A DNA stretch of 64,000 bases from positions 6,572,001 to 6,636,000 of the forward strand of contig OZ176053.1 in the NCBI GenBank assembly GCA_964247055.1, given 5' to 3'. Made by a program: the position numbers and the translations under genes. The notes beneath the pieces are model-generated. The model made no database searches, was not told the DNA's origin, and worked only from the letters and a program-made list of their open reading frames with translations. The stretch's first letter is position 1, and the number at the start of each line of letters is the position of its first letter. Source of the DNA: Paragordius varius. Lineage: Eukaryota; Animalia; Nematomorpha. Of this stretch, positions 1-13,121 are shown piece by piece.

Positions 1-41
1 AATACAATACAATACCTTAACATTTCTGAGCACCCAAATCA

Positions 42-641
42 TTGTGGTACCACAAGTCTTTTATGTTGGGAGTCTATTCTGACACGACTAACAACAGCAC
101 ACCAAACATTAAAAGAAGGATAGCGATCGTCAAAGCAAATATGATAAAATACATTAAACTATGGTCATCCCACGATATTAAACTTAAAACCAAGATTAAA
201 CTAGTCAAATCTCTAATCTTCGCAAGCATACTGTACACCGCAGAGGACAATAAAGAAATGTGATGCAAGATATATCAATGCCTTCGAAATGTGGTGTTGG
301 AAAAAATTGCTATAGATAAATTGGAAAGAAATAATTAAAACACTGACATCCTTGATAAAATTAAAGCTGAAATATCCTTATATCGCTTATGCCTTAAAAT
401 GAAACTATCAAACTTCGGCATAACTAGAGCCAAAAACTTGGAGTATCAGCTTATATAGGGCAAAGTTCAAGGCTCAAGAAAACGTGGCAGATGTAAAATG
501 CTTTGGATCGAAAACTTAACTAAAGAAATTAAGCCAATGCAACCGTTGACATCCATCACACCTAACCGTACAATCTGGCGTAACTACTCTTACGAAATAG
601 CGAAAATTGACCCCGATCTTAGCTACATAACAACAACAACA
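42..641 (+). mobile_element. Degenerate 3' fragment of an RTE-clade non-LTR retrotransposon (end of RT domain to 3' tail)
   Basis: Frameshifted or stop-broken translations give IKRRIAIVK..LWSSHDIKLKTKIKLVKSLIFASILY, RYINAFEMWCWKKLL and GKVQGSRKRGRCKMLWIENL, typical of RTE/BovB ORF C-termini. It ends in a short (CAA)n-like tail at ~628-641. Confidence 0.85.
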
Positions 642-1314
642 CTCATAAAAAATTTACAGCCCTATTTGCATACTAACAGGTGTAAAAATACATATCTCTG
701 TTTTCAACATAACCGAAAATAAGAAAAGGAGACAACAATTACGAATTTATAGAAATCAATATATGTACACTTTATCACAAAACTATAAAATACTATATGT
801 GACAAAAATTTCATAGCTTCAAACAGGCTGACAATCAAATGATCTATTATCATTATTTTTTAGCAAGTCGGAAGCAACAAAAACTTCTCAAATTGTTACA
901 ATCATTACATCTCGGGTTTGTATACAACTAAATTTATGCGAAAAATCGGCCCAAAGAATGGTAAAAAGTGAGTTATTGAAATTTGCGTTAATTCATCCAT
1001 TTTTCAGCCAAAAGCAACATTTTTTTATCCAAACGCAACAATTTTTTATGTAAACGGTACATATTTTCATTCAAAGGCAACATTTTTAGTTGTCTTTGCT
1101 TAAAATGTAGGGAATGGTATTAATTTTGAACCAGCATCTCTTCTAACTTTTATAAAAATAAAATCAAAGTATTTCCAAAAAATAGCTGTAATATATTTAT
1201 TATAATCATCTCCTCCTAATTAAGTTTTCAAGAAAACTACAAATTAACGTATATAAACTTTGTACGTATATCCTCCATAGTTACTGAAAAAAGTATCCAT
1301 TTTTTCCTAACATA

Positions 1315-1487
1315 CAGTGTGAGTAAGTATACATTGCTAGTTTTTAATTTATAGCCAAGAGAATAATTATTGGCTAATAAAAATAGTTAAAAGTAAAAAA
1401 TGTCTTAAACTCAATATTAATGCCCTTTTCCAAATATTCTATCTGACAATAAATGAAAACTAGCAATGTAAACTTATTCATACTCTG
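1315..1487. mobile_element. TA-flanked MITE (CAG..ATGAGTAAGTATA termini, Tc1/mariner-like)
   Basis: Imperfect ~30-bp terminal inverted repeats: ta|cagtgtgagtaagtatacattgctagttttt ... aaaactagcaatgtaaacttattcatactctg|ta. Related copies at ~13280-13393 (partial) and 55533-55687. Confidence 0.7.
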
Positions 1488-1489
1488 TA

Positions 1490-1806
1490 TATACCATTGA
1501 CAGTTTTAACAGTTCAAATTCACCTTGAACAATTCAAACTCACCCTCGAATAATTCAAATTCACCCTTGAATATTCACCCTGAAAATAAATTATGTGTTT
1601 TCGAACTGATATAATTCATTATAAATAAAAAAATACATCTTTATGGCATAGTTTATTATATTTTCAGTATTATCATAATTTAAAACAAAATTTAATTTTT
1701 TTAAAAATATATAAATATATATGTAATTTTTTATCTTAAAAAACATATAATTTATTTGAAGGTGAATTTGAATTGTTCGAAGGGAGATTTGAATTGTAAA
1801 TGGTAT
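1490..1806. mobile_element. MITE with TATACCATT termini and ~22-bp subterminal tandem repeats
   Basis: Ends tataccattgac ... gtaaatggtata. Repeated gaacaattcaaattcaccctc units on the left arm are mirrored on the right. An inverted copy of the internal region lies at ~29420-29670. Confidence 0.7.
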
Positions 1807-2833
1807 ATATGGAAAAAAAATATTATCATTATTAGTAGTAATAACCTTATCATAACATATGAGGGAGGAAGAAAAAAAAGAAAGTTTATATAGATAATGG
1901 CAAATGTAAATGTAGTTACTTAGTATTCGTAAATATAAACAAAGTTCAAGTTGAAATGTAATAATGATGATTTAAGGTAGAATAGAATACTAAATATTAG
2001 TAAAATGCAAAAAAATAAAGGTAGAAAAAGTAAGGTAATACAACATTGCAATGTATAATCTTGGCCTATAAACCTAACAACTAGAGAGAGAGGTGAATGT
2101 GATAATTTTTATTTTATTTTATTAAACACATCATTGCGAGAGTGTATTTTTTTACGGTAAAATAAATAATTAAAAATTTAGCATGAAAAATGGTTACCCA
2201 TTAAAAATAATAAGTAAGAAGAGAGTTGTTGAAGACATTTTTATTATATAATTTGAGCATTTTGATGACAAGAGGGCTAAATGAATAAGAATTATATTCA
2301 TCACAATCATATGATTATTCCTTTAATTATAGATCAAATCATTAATTAAAACTAAAAATAGCAAATTTAGCTTTTTACGAGCGAAAAAAAAACAAATACC
2401 AAAGCCAAATTTATTATATTGGTAAATGATTCCTTCCATTAATTTTTTGGATGCCGGTCAAATATGAATATAATATTACATTTGACAGGTAGTGAGGTTT
2501 TCCTCCACACAATAGAAATATAATCATAATTTTTGGCAATAAAGCCTTCACAACACAATGAAAGAAAATGCTAAAAAATTCACGAAACTAAAATTAGAAA
2601 ATATATGATTCCATTCCGCATGCATATATATACATTTGTAAATTCAAACATAATATGTCTCAAATTTATTTTGACTAAAATTGCGGGCGAGAATATCCCA
2701 CAAAAAGCCTATAAATCATAGGCTTTTTTTTGCAAATATCAACTTAAAACTATGTAAAAAAACTGATAAAAACTATAAAAATAAAAAGTAAAATTTAGTT
2801 CCTTATTAAAAGATAGCCGATGTAGAGTAAAGA

Positions 2834-3019
2834 GAGCTATTATTGGCTATTTCGGTTTAATTGGTTAAAAGGCATATATTTAACATGTATGTTCCAGACT
2901 GTATTTTTTGCCTTGAATTTCAATTAAAAATGTGAATAAAAAATGTATCATAAATACCGACAGACTAGACATAAATCTCCTTTTAATCAATTAATAACCG
3001 AAATAGCCAATAATATCTC
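2834..3019. repeat. Small inverted-repeat element (probable MITE)
   Basis: tattattggctatttcggtttaattggttaaaagg ... ccttttaatcaattaataaccgaaatagccaataata form ~35-40-bp imperfect inverted repeats. Confidence 0.55.
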
Positions 3020-3121
3020 ACATTATTATTTCATGCATCTTATACTGATTATGGCAGATTCATAAATCAATATAATTAGCATTATAATTAAATACGGCAT
3101 TCATTGCCAATAGTATAAGTA

Positions 3122-3123
<2 letters not shown>

Positions 3124-3196
<73 letters not shown>
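3124..3196. repeat. (TA)n microsatellite
   Basis: Pure TA dinucleotide run of ~70 bp. It produces the spurious IYIYIY ORFs at 3060-3338. Confidence 0.98.
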
Positions 3197-3204
<8 letters not shown>

Positions 3205-3918
3205 TCCATATTTTCTACAATCCCTATAATATAAACTATTACCATTTTTGAAATTAAAAACTTTATTGAAAAAAAAAGATTCCTTCCTATACATAAATTC
3301 TCTGAATACTTTTTTCTACATGGATGATTTTTATGCAATGTAAAAAAATCTGTGGAATATTTTGAATGAATTGCCTACTAGATAACTAACTAACTAACAC
3401 ATGTAAAGTGCAATGTCCGATTTAACCTTTATTGCATAAGTAAATAATGTTTATTACATAATAAATAAAAAAAGATACACAATGATGATGGAAAATAAAA
3501 AAATATTACATGCTCTAAAGCAAGCAAGCAACAACACATATATATTGTTATTGACAAAGTTGAATGTCAATATCTTTCTATATTTTATAAATCTCTAATA
3601 ATATAAATTATATTATACATAATAGTAAAATGTGAAAAAATTTCAGGAAATTTTAATTACTAACCAAAAGTATATTATAATATAATAATGGCACAGTATG
3701 AATAAATATAAAATGCTAGTTTTGCATTAAGTATATTGTCAGATAGCCTTTAGGTAAAGAGAGAAATATTGGTTTATAGTTGGTGATTTGAATAAAAAAA
3801 CTAAGAGAACTTTTACATAAATCGTAAATAATGTGGATTAGCGCAATTAATGTCCCCAAATAATCAATCTTTTTTTAATAATTTATTCTTTTGCGATAAA
3901 AAAAATAAAAAATCATAC

Positions 3919-6900
3919 CAAAAAGTGCTGACCAGGATTGGTTTATTACATCGAGACACACTGTACCAGATCTAAATTAATTATGCAAAAAAAACATGAA
4001 AAATTTATAAAATATTTCTAACCATGTCAAACTATATCAAAACTTTAAGCTGTATGAGGTATTTTAAGGTCAATTATTCGTAAAAAATACTAAATAAAAA
4101 GGACTATTTTAAATTTTGAGTCTTATATAAAAACTAAAAGTATCTTATAATCAATTAAAACTTAAGTATACGTCTTTTCATAAAAAGACAATGAAATGAT
4201 TAATAAAGGTAAAAAGTTAAGAGCGAATCCCACTCTTTTTTAATATAACCGCTGTAAAGACAACCAAAAAAAAGTAAAAAGCTATATTAAAGGTATTCTA
4301 TCTGTAACTTAATATCCTTTTTTAAGTTTAAGTAAGCACTTTAATTTTCGTAAAAGACTGTGTTACACGGCAAACTAAAAAACAAACGCTGAGTTTCATG
4401 TCTACGGATTAACCTAATTTCGAAACTGCAAAATAAATCCATATATAAAAAAACTATTTTATCTAAGTAATATATAAATTATAAATTGAAAACTACTATG
4501 TGATTTATTATCTATATCTGTATAAAAATTACATTTATTGAAATTGAATAGAATATAAATGAGTTAGTATTAAACGTCATTAATCATTTTGTTTTCAGGT
4601 AAAATTTGTATTGCATAAATATCCTCTATTAGAATTCAAAGAAAATTCCATAACTCCTATCGTTTAGATAATTCTTAAATGTTAACTTCTTCTCAATAAA
4701 CCGCAAAATGATTTCATAAAATTTTGACAGTTAACCCTAGATTAATTAAATTTCTAAAAAACTTTTAAAATTAAAACCAATGCCATATGATATTCAGGCA
4801 CAAATTCCGTGTTTTGATAAAAGAAAAAAATTTAATTCTAGGTTATAGTTTTTTGGGGGGAAAAATAATATCGAAATGGCAAAATTATGATCAATAAATA
4901 AATAAATATAATTTTGTATGATTTAATTATGTTATATAAAAAATAGTAAATAATATGTTTTATAAATAGCTTTAAAAGGTCATCTCAATTTAATACACTA
5001 AAATAGCAATATGATGTGATAAAACATACATAGTAAACGTTAAAAATTTGGTAAACACCCCCTGTAAAGGCCCTATAAAATACTAATCCTAAACCTTTAG
5101 AGAAAATAATTGGGTTTTTTCGCCATATTTGACTTTCAAGTATTTATCCATTTTCCATTAATATTACATATATCGATTTCCAATTCTCCAATTATTATGA
5201 ATTATTAAACTATTATTTTATATAACACCCTCTTTATCATTCATTTCTTATTATAGGAACAAATAACACTTATAATTAATTATTAAGGTTTTTTTATATG
5301 TGCTAAAAAATATTATGTGTAAATTATAATTCTACGGTTAAAAACAATTACAAAAGATAAAAAACCTATAAATGAAAACTTATAATTCGTTAAATGGCCA
5401 AATACTCTTTAATGACGTAAAAGCTAACCTTATAGAGATAAAAAACTGATGCGCAATTAAGAAAAAAAGGTAAAAAAACAATGATTTTTTAAGAAAAAAA
5501 GAGCCATGAAATGCAAAACAACAAACTATTATTTAAGACCGTTTATTTAACAAAAATATAACTATATTCAATTATAATTATGAAAATATAACATAGAGAT
5601 ATTAAAAATGTCACTTACGCTTCATCGATGTTCGGGTGATAAATCTTGTTGAGAAAACCTAGACCACAAAAAAATATTTAATTGTTGGAATTTGCATCGC
5701 AAAAAATGGTAGTTTAAAGTTTCGATTATAGGGATGATTTAGAATTTTGGAAATATTGTTAAATCTGTCAATTAAAAATCGACATGAAATATTTCTCACC
5801 AATGGAAGGTGATTTAAAGGGATACTTTTCGGGAAGATCAACACGTACTCTCCAAATTCCGCCTTCGTATGGTGCTAAACAAGATAAAAAAAATAATTGT
5901 AAATTATTGGGAAAACATCGCATATGCCTAAAACATAAAAAATCAAAATTTCCGCTTTTTCATAAGATATTTCATTGAAAACCCATCAGAAACAAACAAA
6001 TTTAACTTATACACCAATACTAATGCCAAAATGATAAAAAAAGGTTAGGAAATCTTGTAGCGTCCGTCCGTAAAACATTTTTATTTATTCAAAAACCAAT
6101 ATTTTTCTTTCGATCCAACAATACAAAATTTAAATAGAAAGCCCGGATTTCAATATAAAACAAAAAAAGGGTTTGCCTTATATACCTTATGCGTATGGTT
6201 AAATTTATATATGATATAAATAAGCAAGCGTTAAACTTTCACTATACATAAGGAAGGAAAAAAATATGTAATTCTTGGTCAAATCGATTAAATATTGTAT
6301 ATAAAATTATAACTATATATATTATATACATAATATGTATAAAAAATAAAATATGTAATTAGAGATAAGGGTTAATGACTAACATATATATATATTTCCT
6401 ATCTATATGTTCGCTTTCGCTATAATACGATAAACACATACGATATATTAAACTGTAACTAGCAAATATAAATACTACTCCACCCCTTTGTTTTATTTTG
6501 TATATTAAATAATTTAAATTAACTAAATTAATTAAGTTAAAAGATTTTATTTTTTGCACAAAGGGCAAATTAAAACTATTGATAGGACCTATTTAAACCA
6601 AAAATAACCGATTTATTATTAAAATTGTTTTTGTGTAATTATCCATTTAGCCCGTTACTATACCTTGTCCGAGTGATAGTTGTTTAAATTAAATGTTAAA
6701 ATTTCAAGGCATTATAGTAAAAACCTATCAAACCGTAAAAAACATTTTTTTGTTTTAGGGCATATTTAATAATTTAAACCAAGTAAAATTACATCAATAG
6801 AGGTGATATTCGCCTGGGGAAATTACAATGGTAAATTAATCGATAGCTTTACGGGCAGTAAATGATTGAACAATATAATAAAATAAGACCAGTTTAGCTT

Positions 6901-8073
6901 TATAATACTTTTTTGAAAAAAATATTAGATTAATCTAAACCTTATCAGTGCTATTATGGGCTCACCCTTGTAAAAACCCTTATAAAATGTTTGAAAATCC
7001 CTCCATTATAAACATGTCAATGTGTTAAACAGTCCAATTTGAAACAAATGAAATTATCGATCGGGTAGTTGTATTCTAGCGACTGAGAAAAAAGAATAGA
7101 TTTTTTATTCGCATCTTATGAAACACAATTTTGTTGCATTTAAAGTGGAACAATGTGTTAAGATAATAAATTTTCCGTGAATTAAAAAACCAATTAAAGC
7201 AACAATGTTGAATTTTTAGAGATACCATTAATATAGTATTATCGTTAGTTATTATTATAAAAAAATATGAAAAAACTGGGTCTTAAAGTGCCAATTTCAT
7301 CATATTGTTTTTTGTCTACATTTAATATACGCTTGCATATTGATAAATTAATTTTTTGTCATATAGTGTGGTGCGATCATCATTGTATTACTTAAATAAA
7401 AACTGTACCGTGCCATAAAAAACAACGAAAAAATAGGGAACCAAATAAATATTTTCAGAAAAATAAATTATTATGTTATTTAAATTTTAATATTGCAAAT
7501 TTGGGAACATCTAGTCTACAATGAAAAATATAATTTGTGTAAAGCTAGGAGCTTTCATATATTGGTAAACACAATATTAGCATCTATTTTTAGCCAATGA
7601 GTCATGCATTTAAATTTGTCAAGAATTTTGAATTTAACTATTATGCAAAGATTAGATATTCATAAATTGTATTTATGCGAAATAATAAATGCCATTGTCA
7701 AAATTTAATAATCCTAAAAACTAATAAATTTGTCGAGTGTAACAAAAAAAGTATAAAGTTGGCATGCATGCATTTTTATAAAAACCTTCAAGTAAAAAAG
7801 AATAATTTTAGATAATTGCTGAATAATATTTTAAGGTAAGCCAAATGACCATTTTCAAATGATGTAATCAATTTAACCAATAACATTTAAATAAATATTA
7901 AGAACAGATCTATTTACTTTCTGTCGGCCCAAAAAACTTGACTACAAATTCATTGATTCCACCTAAGAGTGTTACTTCATGTTTGCTTTCAATTCTACAG
8001 TAAAATATAAATATTTTTACAATCGTATCACATCGGTATCCATACGACGCTTTCCAGCACTGGGGGAAGACAT
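3919..8073 (-). CDS. UBE2H: Ubiquitin-conjugating enzyme E2 H, exons 1-5 (3' exons not found in window)
   Basis: Exons 8073-8021, 7994-7918, 5874-5800, 5658-5619 and 3971-3919 join in phase. They give [99 protein letters not shown], nearly identical to UBE2H/Ubc8 including the catalytic Cys. Intron 1 is 26 nt. Confidence 0.96.
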
Positions 8074-8954
8074 TGTAAAAACTGATGTCATTAACGCTTA
8101 AATAGTTATCCCAAGATTTGTAATTGAGCAGTTAATAAAGATTTATTAAACAATATTTATAATCAATGGATTGTTTACAGAAAAAATTTTTTCATAGGCT
8201 GCTCTATAATAACAAGTTTTGAATAGATGCCAATCAGTTTTCAGCTGAAGGTTTTTTATGCTTTGATGTTGTTACCAAAACAGTCTGTTTATGTTTATCA
8301 CTTTTATCAAAAAATTTAAAAAAAATATGAAACTATATTACTTTTGAAAAAGTATTATTTCTTAGCATTTTATATCAGTACATATAAAATTTGGATATCT
8401 TTTTTAAACAAATTTATCACTAAAAATTAATTTTAAGATTTGGACTTCGGAATTTTCACATTTAACGCCAAAATGAGCTACAGTTTTAAAAACACGTTAA
8501 AGCTTTGAGATAAGAATTTTATATATGCTTTATTATAGTTCCAAAAAATATCCACTTGATAAATATATATATGAACTCTAATGTGAAGCTGTTTATACTT
8601 TTGCTGCTCTATAAATCATAGCAAAATTTTTCCATATAATTTTGGTGTAACCCAACGCTTCATTCCATTATTAACAATATATATATATATATATATGTAG
8701 ATTACAAAAATATATCATATTTTATAAAATTTGAGAATTTAGATGTAATCTTTGAAAAAATGAAGCTTTTAGCCCGCTCTCGGAGTTGGAAAGTCCTCTT
8801 AACACTTGGATACAACAGATTCATTTTGGTCCTTCTATTCAAATTGGAGTAATTGGATACCCCAGGCATATTTAAAATTAAATAATTCAAAAAATTTGGA
8901 GTGATTTGAAACCATGGCTGCACTTATATAGCATTATTAAACCGGAATATATGG

Positions 8955-9350
8955 AAAACTTTATTCAAAAATAATAATCGATATGACTCATTTTAAGGTA
9001 AAACACAATGGTAAAAATTTAGTCAACATGACATGTGTGCATTGATTAAATTGAAAATAATTACAAAATACACCACTTTTTTGATTTCTATCAATGTTAG
9101 ATGTGATTTATACAAAAATTAACTTTTTTACCTTTAATAGATGAAGACGATATTTTATGAAAATTTTGCAAATTAAAAATGGCGAAGTAGTTTGACATGG
9201 AACTTTTTTTCCAAAACAAAATATCATTCAGATATTTTTGCTTATTTATATATTTTTTTAAAATAAAAGCAAAAATTAAATTGAGCCGTTTCCTTCATTA
9301 GTATTTTAAAAATTTAAACTTTAATTAAGTCTGCGGTATTTGGATAACCC
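8955..9350 (+). repeat. Dispersed repeat, homologous to the interior of the 45028-46058 element
   Basis: Colinear similarity with ~45410-45800, e.g. caatggtaaaaattt(a/c)gtcaac.tgacatgtgt, gatgaagacga.atttt and tatttggata.ccc. Confidence 0.7.
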
Positions 9351-10529
9351 AAATTGAATCGAAGTGTTAACACTTTATGATCTTGCTTTTGATTCGCGAA
9401 ATTTTGGGGTTGTTTAATTACCCCAGAGCTTGTTGTAGTAAATATATTACTGGTTTGGAATTTTATTAATAAATAAATTGTTATATACTTTTGTAATAAA
9501 TACTTTTAAAAAACTTTGGTTGATATCAAAATTTATCATATTAAAATTTTATTGCGTAACCTCGGCATTTTGATTATGAGAATTAGTCCATTTTAGAAGA
9601 GCGAAAAAGCCGAATTAAAAATATGCCTTCTTTGGTCTTTAAGCGCATTATAGAAATTTTTTTTAAATAAATAAAATCCTCATCTCCAACTTTTTTTGCC
9701 CTCATTTTTTTATATCTTAAATCGCTAAAGCAACAGGCAATATTATATTATAAATAGAAAATATAAATATATTACTTTAAAATTTAGGCTACATTTACCA
9801 GTGAACTTTATATATTTTAATTTTAATATCAGCTGTTCGCTTCAATCGTGTAAGCTCTCTCAATTTAGACTCTAAAAATCACAAAATTAAAGATGTAAGT
9901 TTTTTTATCTAATACATGGGAACAACGTTTTAAAATTAATTTTAACTAAAATAATTTTCTAAACTGCATATTATTTACATTTAGCTTTGGGATATTAAAT
10001 ACCCCAATATGCAAACTATGAAAAAGAAAAGGTAGTCAAGTGTTAATAATTAAACATTGTTCTCCTGTATTTAAAAAAATTATATTTTTACAGCTTTCTG
10101 GAATATCGAAATGGGGCAGCTTCAAAACACGATTAGTTCAAACAGCTAATTTTAAAATTATTAAATAACAATTAACTGAAATATAACCTAAAGCTCTATA
10201 AAATAAATTAATTATATAATTTAGTTTGAAAAAAATAGAAACCAGATGACGATTTCAAAAAGGCAATATTTTTTATTATCTATATCTAGTTTTAATCCTT
10301 TATTCATACAGTCGGGGTTCCATTACACTAAATTACAAATTTTGACTTTTTTTCGAGTTCCATTTTTGTAAATTTAAAATTTATTTTATTTAAGATGAAA
10401 ATAAGGGACAATAAAATGATCCACATATGTGGAATATTTCGAAACATTATTTAAAATGATTTAATAGGAATTTTAAAACGGTGCATTCATACTAATATAT
10501 TGTTTACTTGGGGGAAAAATATATTTAAA

Positions 10530-11930
10530 AAATTGTTTTGTGGATTTTTTTTTTAAAAAAAATGGCATTTTACGGGGAGTGCGGGTAAAAAGAGGGCCTA
10601 AATCAAAAAAGTGAGTCGACTATGTTCGCCGCGGTCAAAAATAAGTAAACAAAAATTATATTTGAAATTGAATGGTCCAACACGTTCTCCGGAAAATTGT
10701 CTCAACCTGTTTATTACACGGGGAAGGCCCGAACTGGGGACCTATTTCCAAAAAAGGGCGAAGCTATTGTCTGGGCATTCATTAATGATTATATTTTTTC
10801 GAGGTTTGGATTTGAATGGATCTACCGGTTTTCCGGTATCAGATCACAAAGCCAGCATTTTCCATTTTTATAAATATATAGATTACCATAAATAATGTTT
10901 TATTATCCATATATTTTTTAACATCCTATACATATGATAGATACTCCTTACTCAGCAGCTATCATCAAAGAAACGCTTGACTAAAATATTTGCCTTTTAA
11001 CAGGGAATACGTGGAATCCATATTGAATTTTTACAGTCTCATACCTTAGGCAAAAAAATACAATCAAAAAATTATTTTTGTGGACTTTGTTTTTTTTGAA
11101 AAAAATGGCATTTACGGGGGTAGCGGGTAAAAAGAGGGCCTAAATCAAAAAAGTGAGTCGACTATGTTCGGCGCGATCAAAAATAAGTAAACAAAAATCA
11201 TATTTGAAATTGAATGGCCCAACACGTTCTCCGGAAAATTGTCTCAACCTGTTTTTTACACGGGGAAGGCCCGAACTGGGGACCTAATTCCAAAAAAGGG
11301 CGAAGCTATTGTCGGGACATTTATTAATGACTATATTTTTTCGATATTTAAATTTGATTGGGTTCACCGGTTTTTCGGAAACAGATCACAAAGTTACATG
11401 AGGAATCAGTTTTTAGCGGGTAGCTCCTTACCCAGTAGCTATCATCAAAGAAACGCTTGTACCTTTTAACAGGGAATATGTAGAATCCTTAATGAATTTT
11501 TACGGTCTCATACCTAGGGCGAAAAATAGATTTAAAAAATTATTTTTGTGGACTTTGTTTTTTAAAAAAATGGCATTTTACGGGGGGAGCGGGTAACAAG
11601 AGGGCCTAAATCAAAAAAGCGAGACGACTATGTTCGGCGCAATCGAAAATAAGTAAACAAAAATCATATTTGAAATTAAATGGTCCAACACGTTCTCCAG
11701 AAAATTGTCTCAAAGACACTATTTTTGTGTACTTCTGTTTTCAAAAAAAACCCGTTTTACATACGGGGTGGGCCCGAACTGGGGGCCTATTTAAAAAAAA
11801 GGGCGAAGCTATTGTCGGGGCATTCATTAATGATTATATTTGTCGATGTTTGGATTTGAATAGGTCTACCGGTTTTCCGGTACCAGATCACAAAGCCAGC
11901 ATTTTCCATTTTTATAAATATATAGATTTT
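10530..11930 (+). repeat. Tandem array of three ~465-545-bp GC-richer units (third partial)
   Basis: The motif aatggcatttt..cgggg..gcgggtaa..agagggcctaaatcaaaaaag..ag.cgactatgttcg recurs at 10561, 11104 and 11569. A degenerate single copy lies at ~15740-15845. Confidence 0.92.
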
Positions 11931-12146
11931 TATGAAAGATAAAGATTCTCTTCATAAGTCTTTGACAAAATTATAGCCCTAAAGAAAATAATTTTTATTG
12001 ATGAGATAATAATTTTTATAAAAACAAAAATTAAAAATGGCTGTTTTGAATGTAAAAGCAATAAAGTGTAATCTAAAAAAACTTTTCTGTTATCTTTATT
12101 AAACATTCATTGCCATCTACACGAAATTTGAGCTATTTACAATATT

Positions 12147-13121
12147 TAGGGTGGGGTGATAAAAATTTTTTTTGACTTGACTTGCAAGTTTTTCAAGTCA
12201 TGGCTTGCTTTCATGTGATAAAAAAAATTTAACATTACACGACTCAAGTCAAGCAAGAAAAATTGATTCGGATGTGATAAAAAATCATATGATCAAGTAA
12301 AACCTTAAGATTTTGCAAGTGTGGTGTAGGGCACACTTGACAGATTTAAAAATATGCATAAAATTAATTTGGAAACTATTTATGTAAATAATTTAGGTTT
12401 TACATGTAATTCATGTTAATGCTATAAAATGTTAATTTGATAAATTTTGGCTAATTAACCTATTCATTGGGTGGATAGAAAAGGGGGTAAATTTATAGAA
12501 AAACTCTGCTAATATTTAAGAACATGGCATATAAAAATATGCTAAAATTCCGTGGACGCAAAAAAATTTGATTCTCGAAAATTTCTTAAAATTTATAATT
12601 AGATATTAATCTTGTAAAATTCCAAATCTTGTTTTATTAAAAGGAAAAGGTTGCTTTACTATTAACCGATGTAAAGAACTTATTTCAACATAATTTATTT
12701 CGAATGTAATGTTGATAATCAATTCAAAATAACAATATGTTATATTGCTCCAAACAAAATAAGTAGAAATGGTTTTAAGGGCAAATGGTTTATTAATCCA
12801 AAAATTAATACCAACCTCAATATTTAGAAAATTCTAAAGATACTTGCCATGAGTTTATAAAAAGTCAATAAATGCATATTGTATTAATTATTTATCTTTA
12901 TGTGCCTTATTTCATGGATTTGGCTGTAAAAGATCAAAATAATTTCTGTAAAATTTAAATTGGGTGGCAAAAAAATGTTACATTCATAAGCAAAAGACTT
13001 GACTTAAGTGTTTTTTTTTTCACCGATCTTCAAGTGTACACTTGCTGGCTAAAGTAATCTTGCTCAACTTGTCACGCTTGGCTTACAAGTCAAGTGCGAC
13101 TTTTTTATCACCCTACCCTTA
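12147..13121. mobile_element. Non-autonomous DNA transposon with TAGGG termini (hAT-like), ~975 bp
   Basis: tagggtggggtgataaaaa...gacttgacttgcaag is matched by the inverted ttacaagtcaagtgcgactttttatcaccctaccctta. ACTTG/CAAGT short repeats occur in both arms. No intact TSD is visible. Confidence 0.6.

Noticed and set aside
1500-1800. Regularly spaced ~22-bp repeats that superficially resemble a CRISPR array (also ~29420, ~40190, ~52600)
   Set aside because: There are no unique spacers, the units are mirrored at both ends of TIR elements, and the context is eukaryotic. They are MITE subterminal repeats.
3060-3338. ORFs with long IYIYIY runs (also 61415-62068 tail)
   Set aside because: They are translation artefacts of (TA)n microsatellites.
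700-3900. Search for UBE2H exon 6 (DL.NIFE.FLPQLL.YPNP)
   Set aside because: Not found in the window. It probably lies beyond the left edge, so there is no evidence of pseudogenisation.
8100-8950. Short open frames and 22-27-nt GT..AG segments upstream of UBE2H suggesting a divergent partner gene
   Set aside because: No combination produced a recognisable or sustained reading frame.
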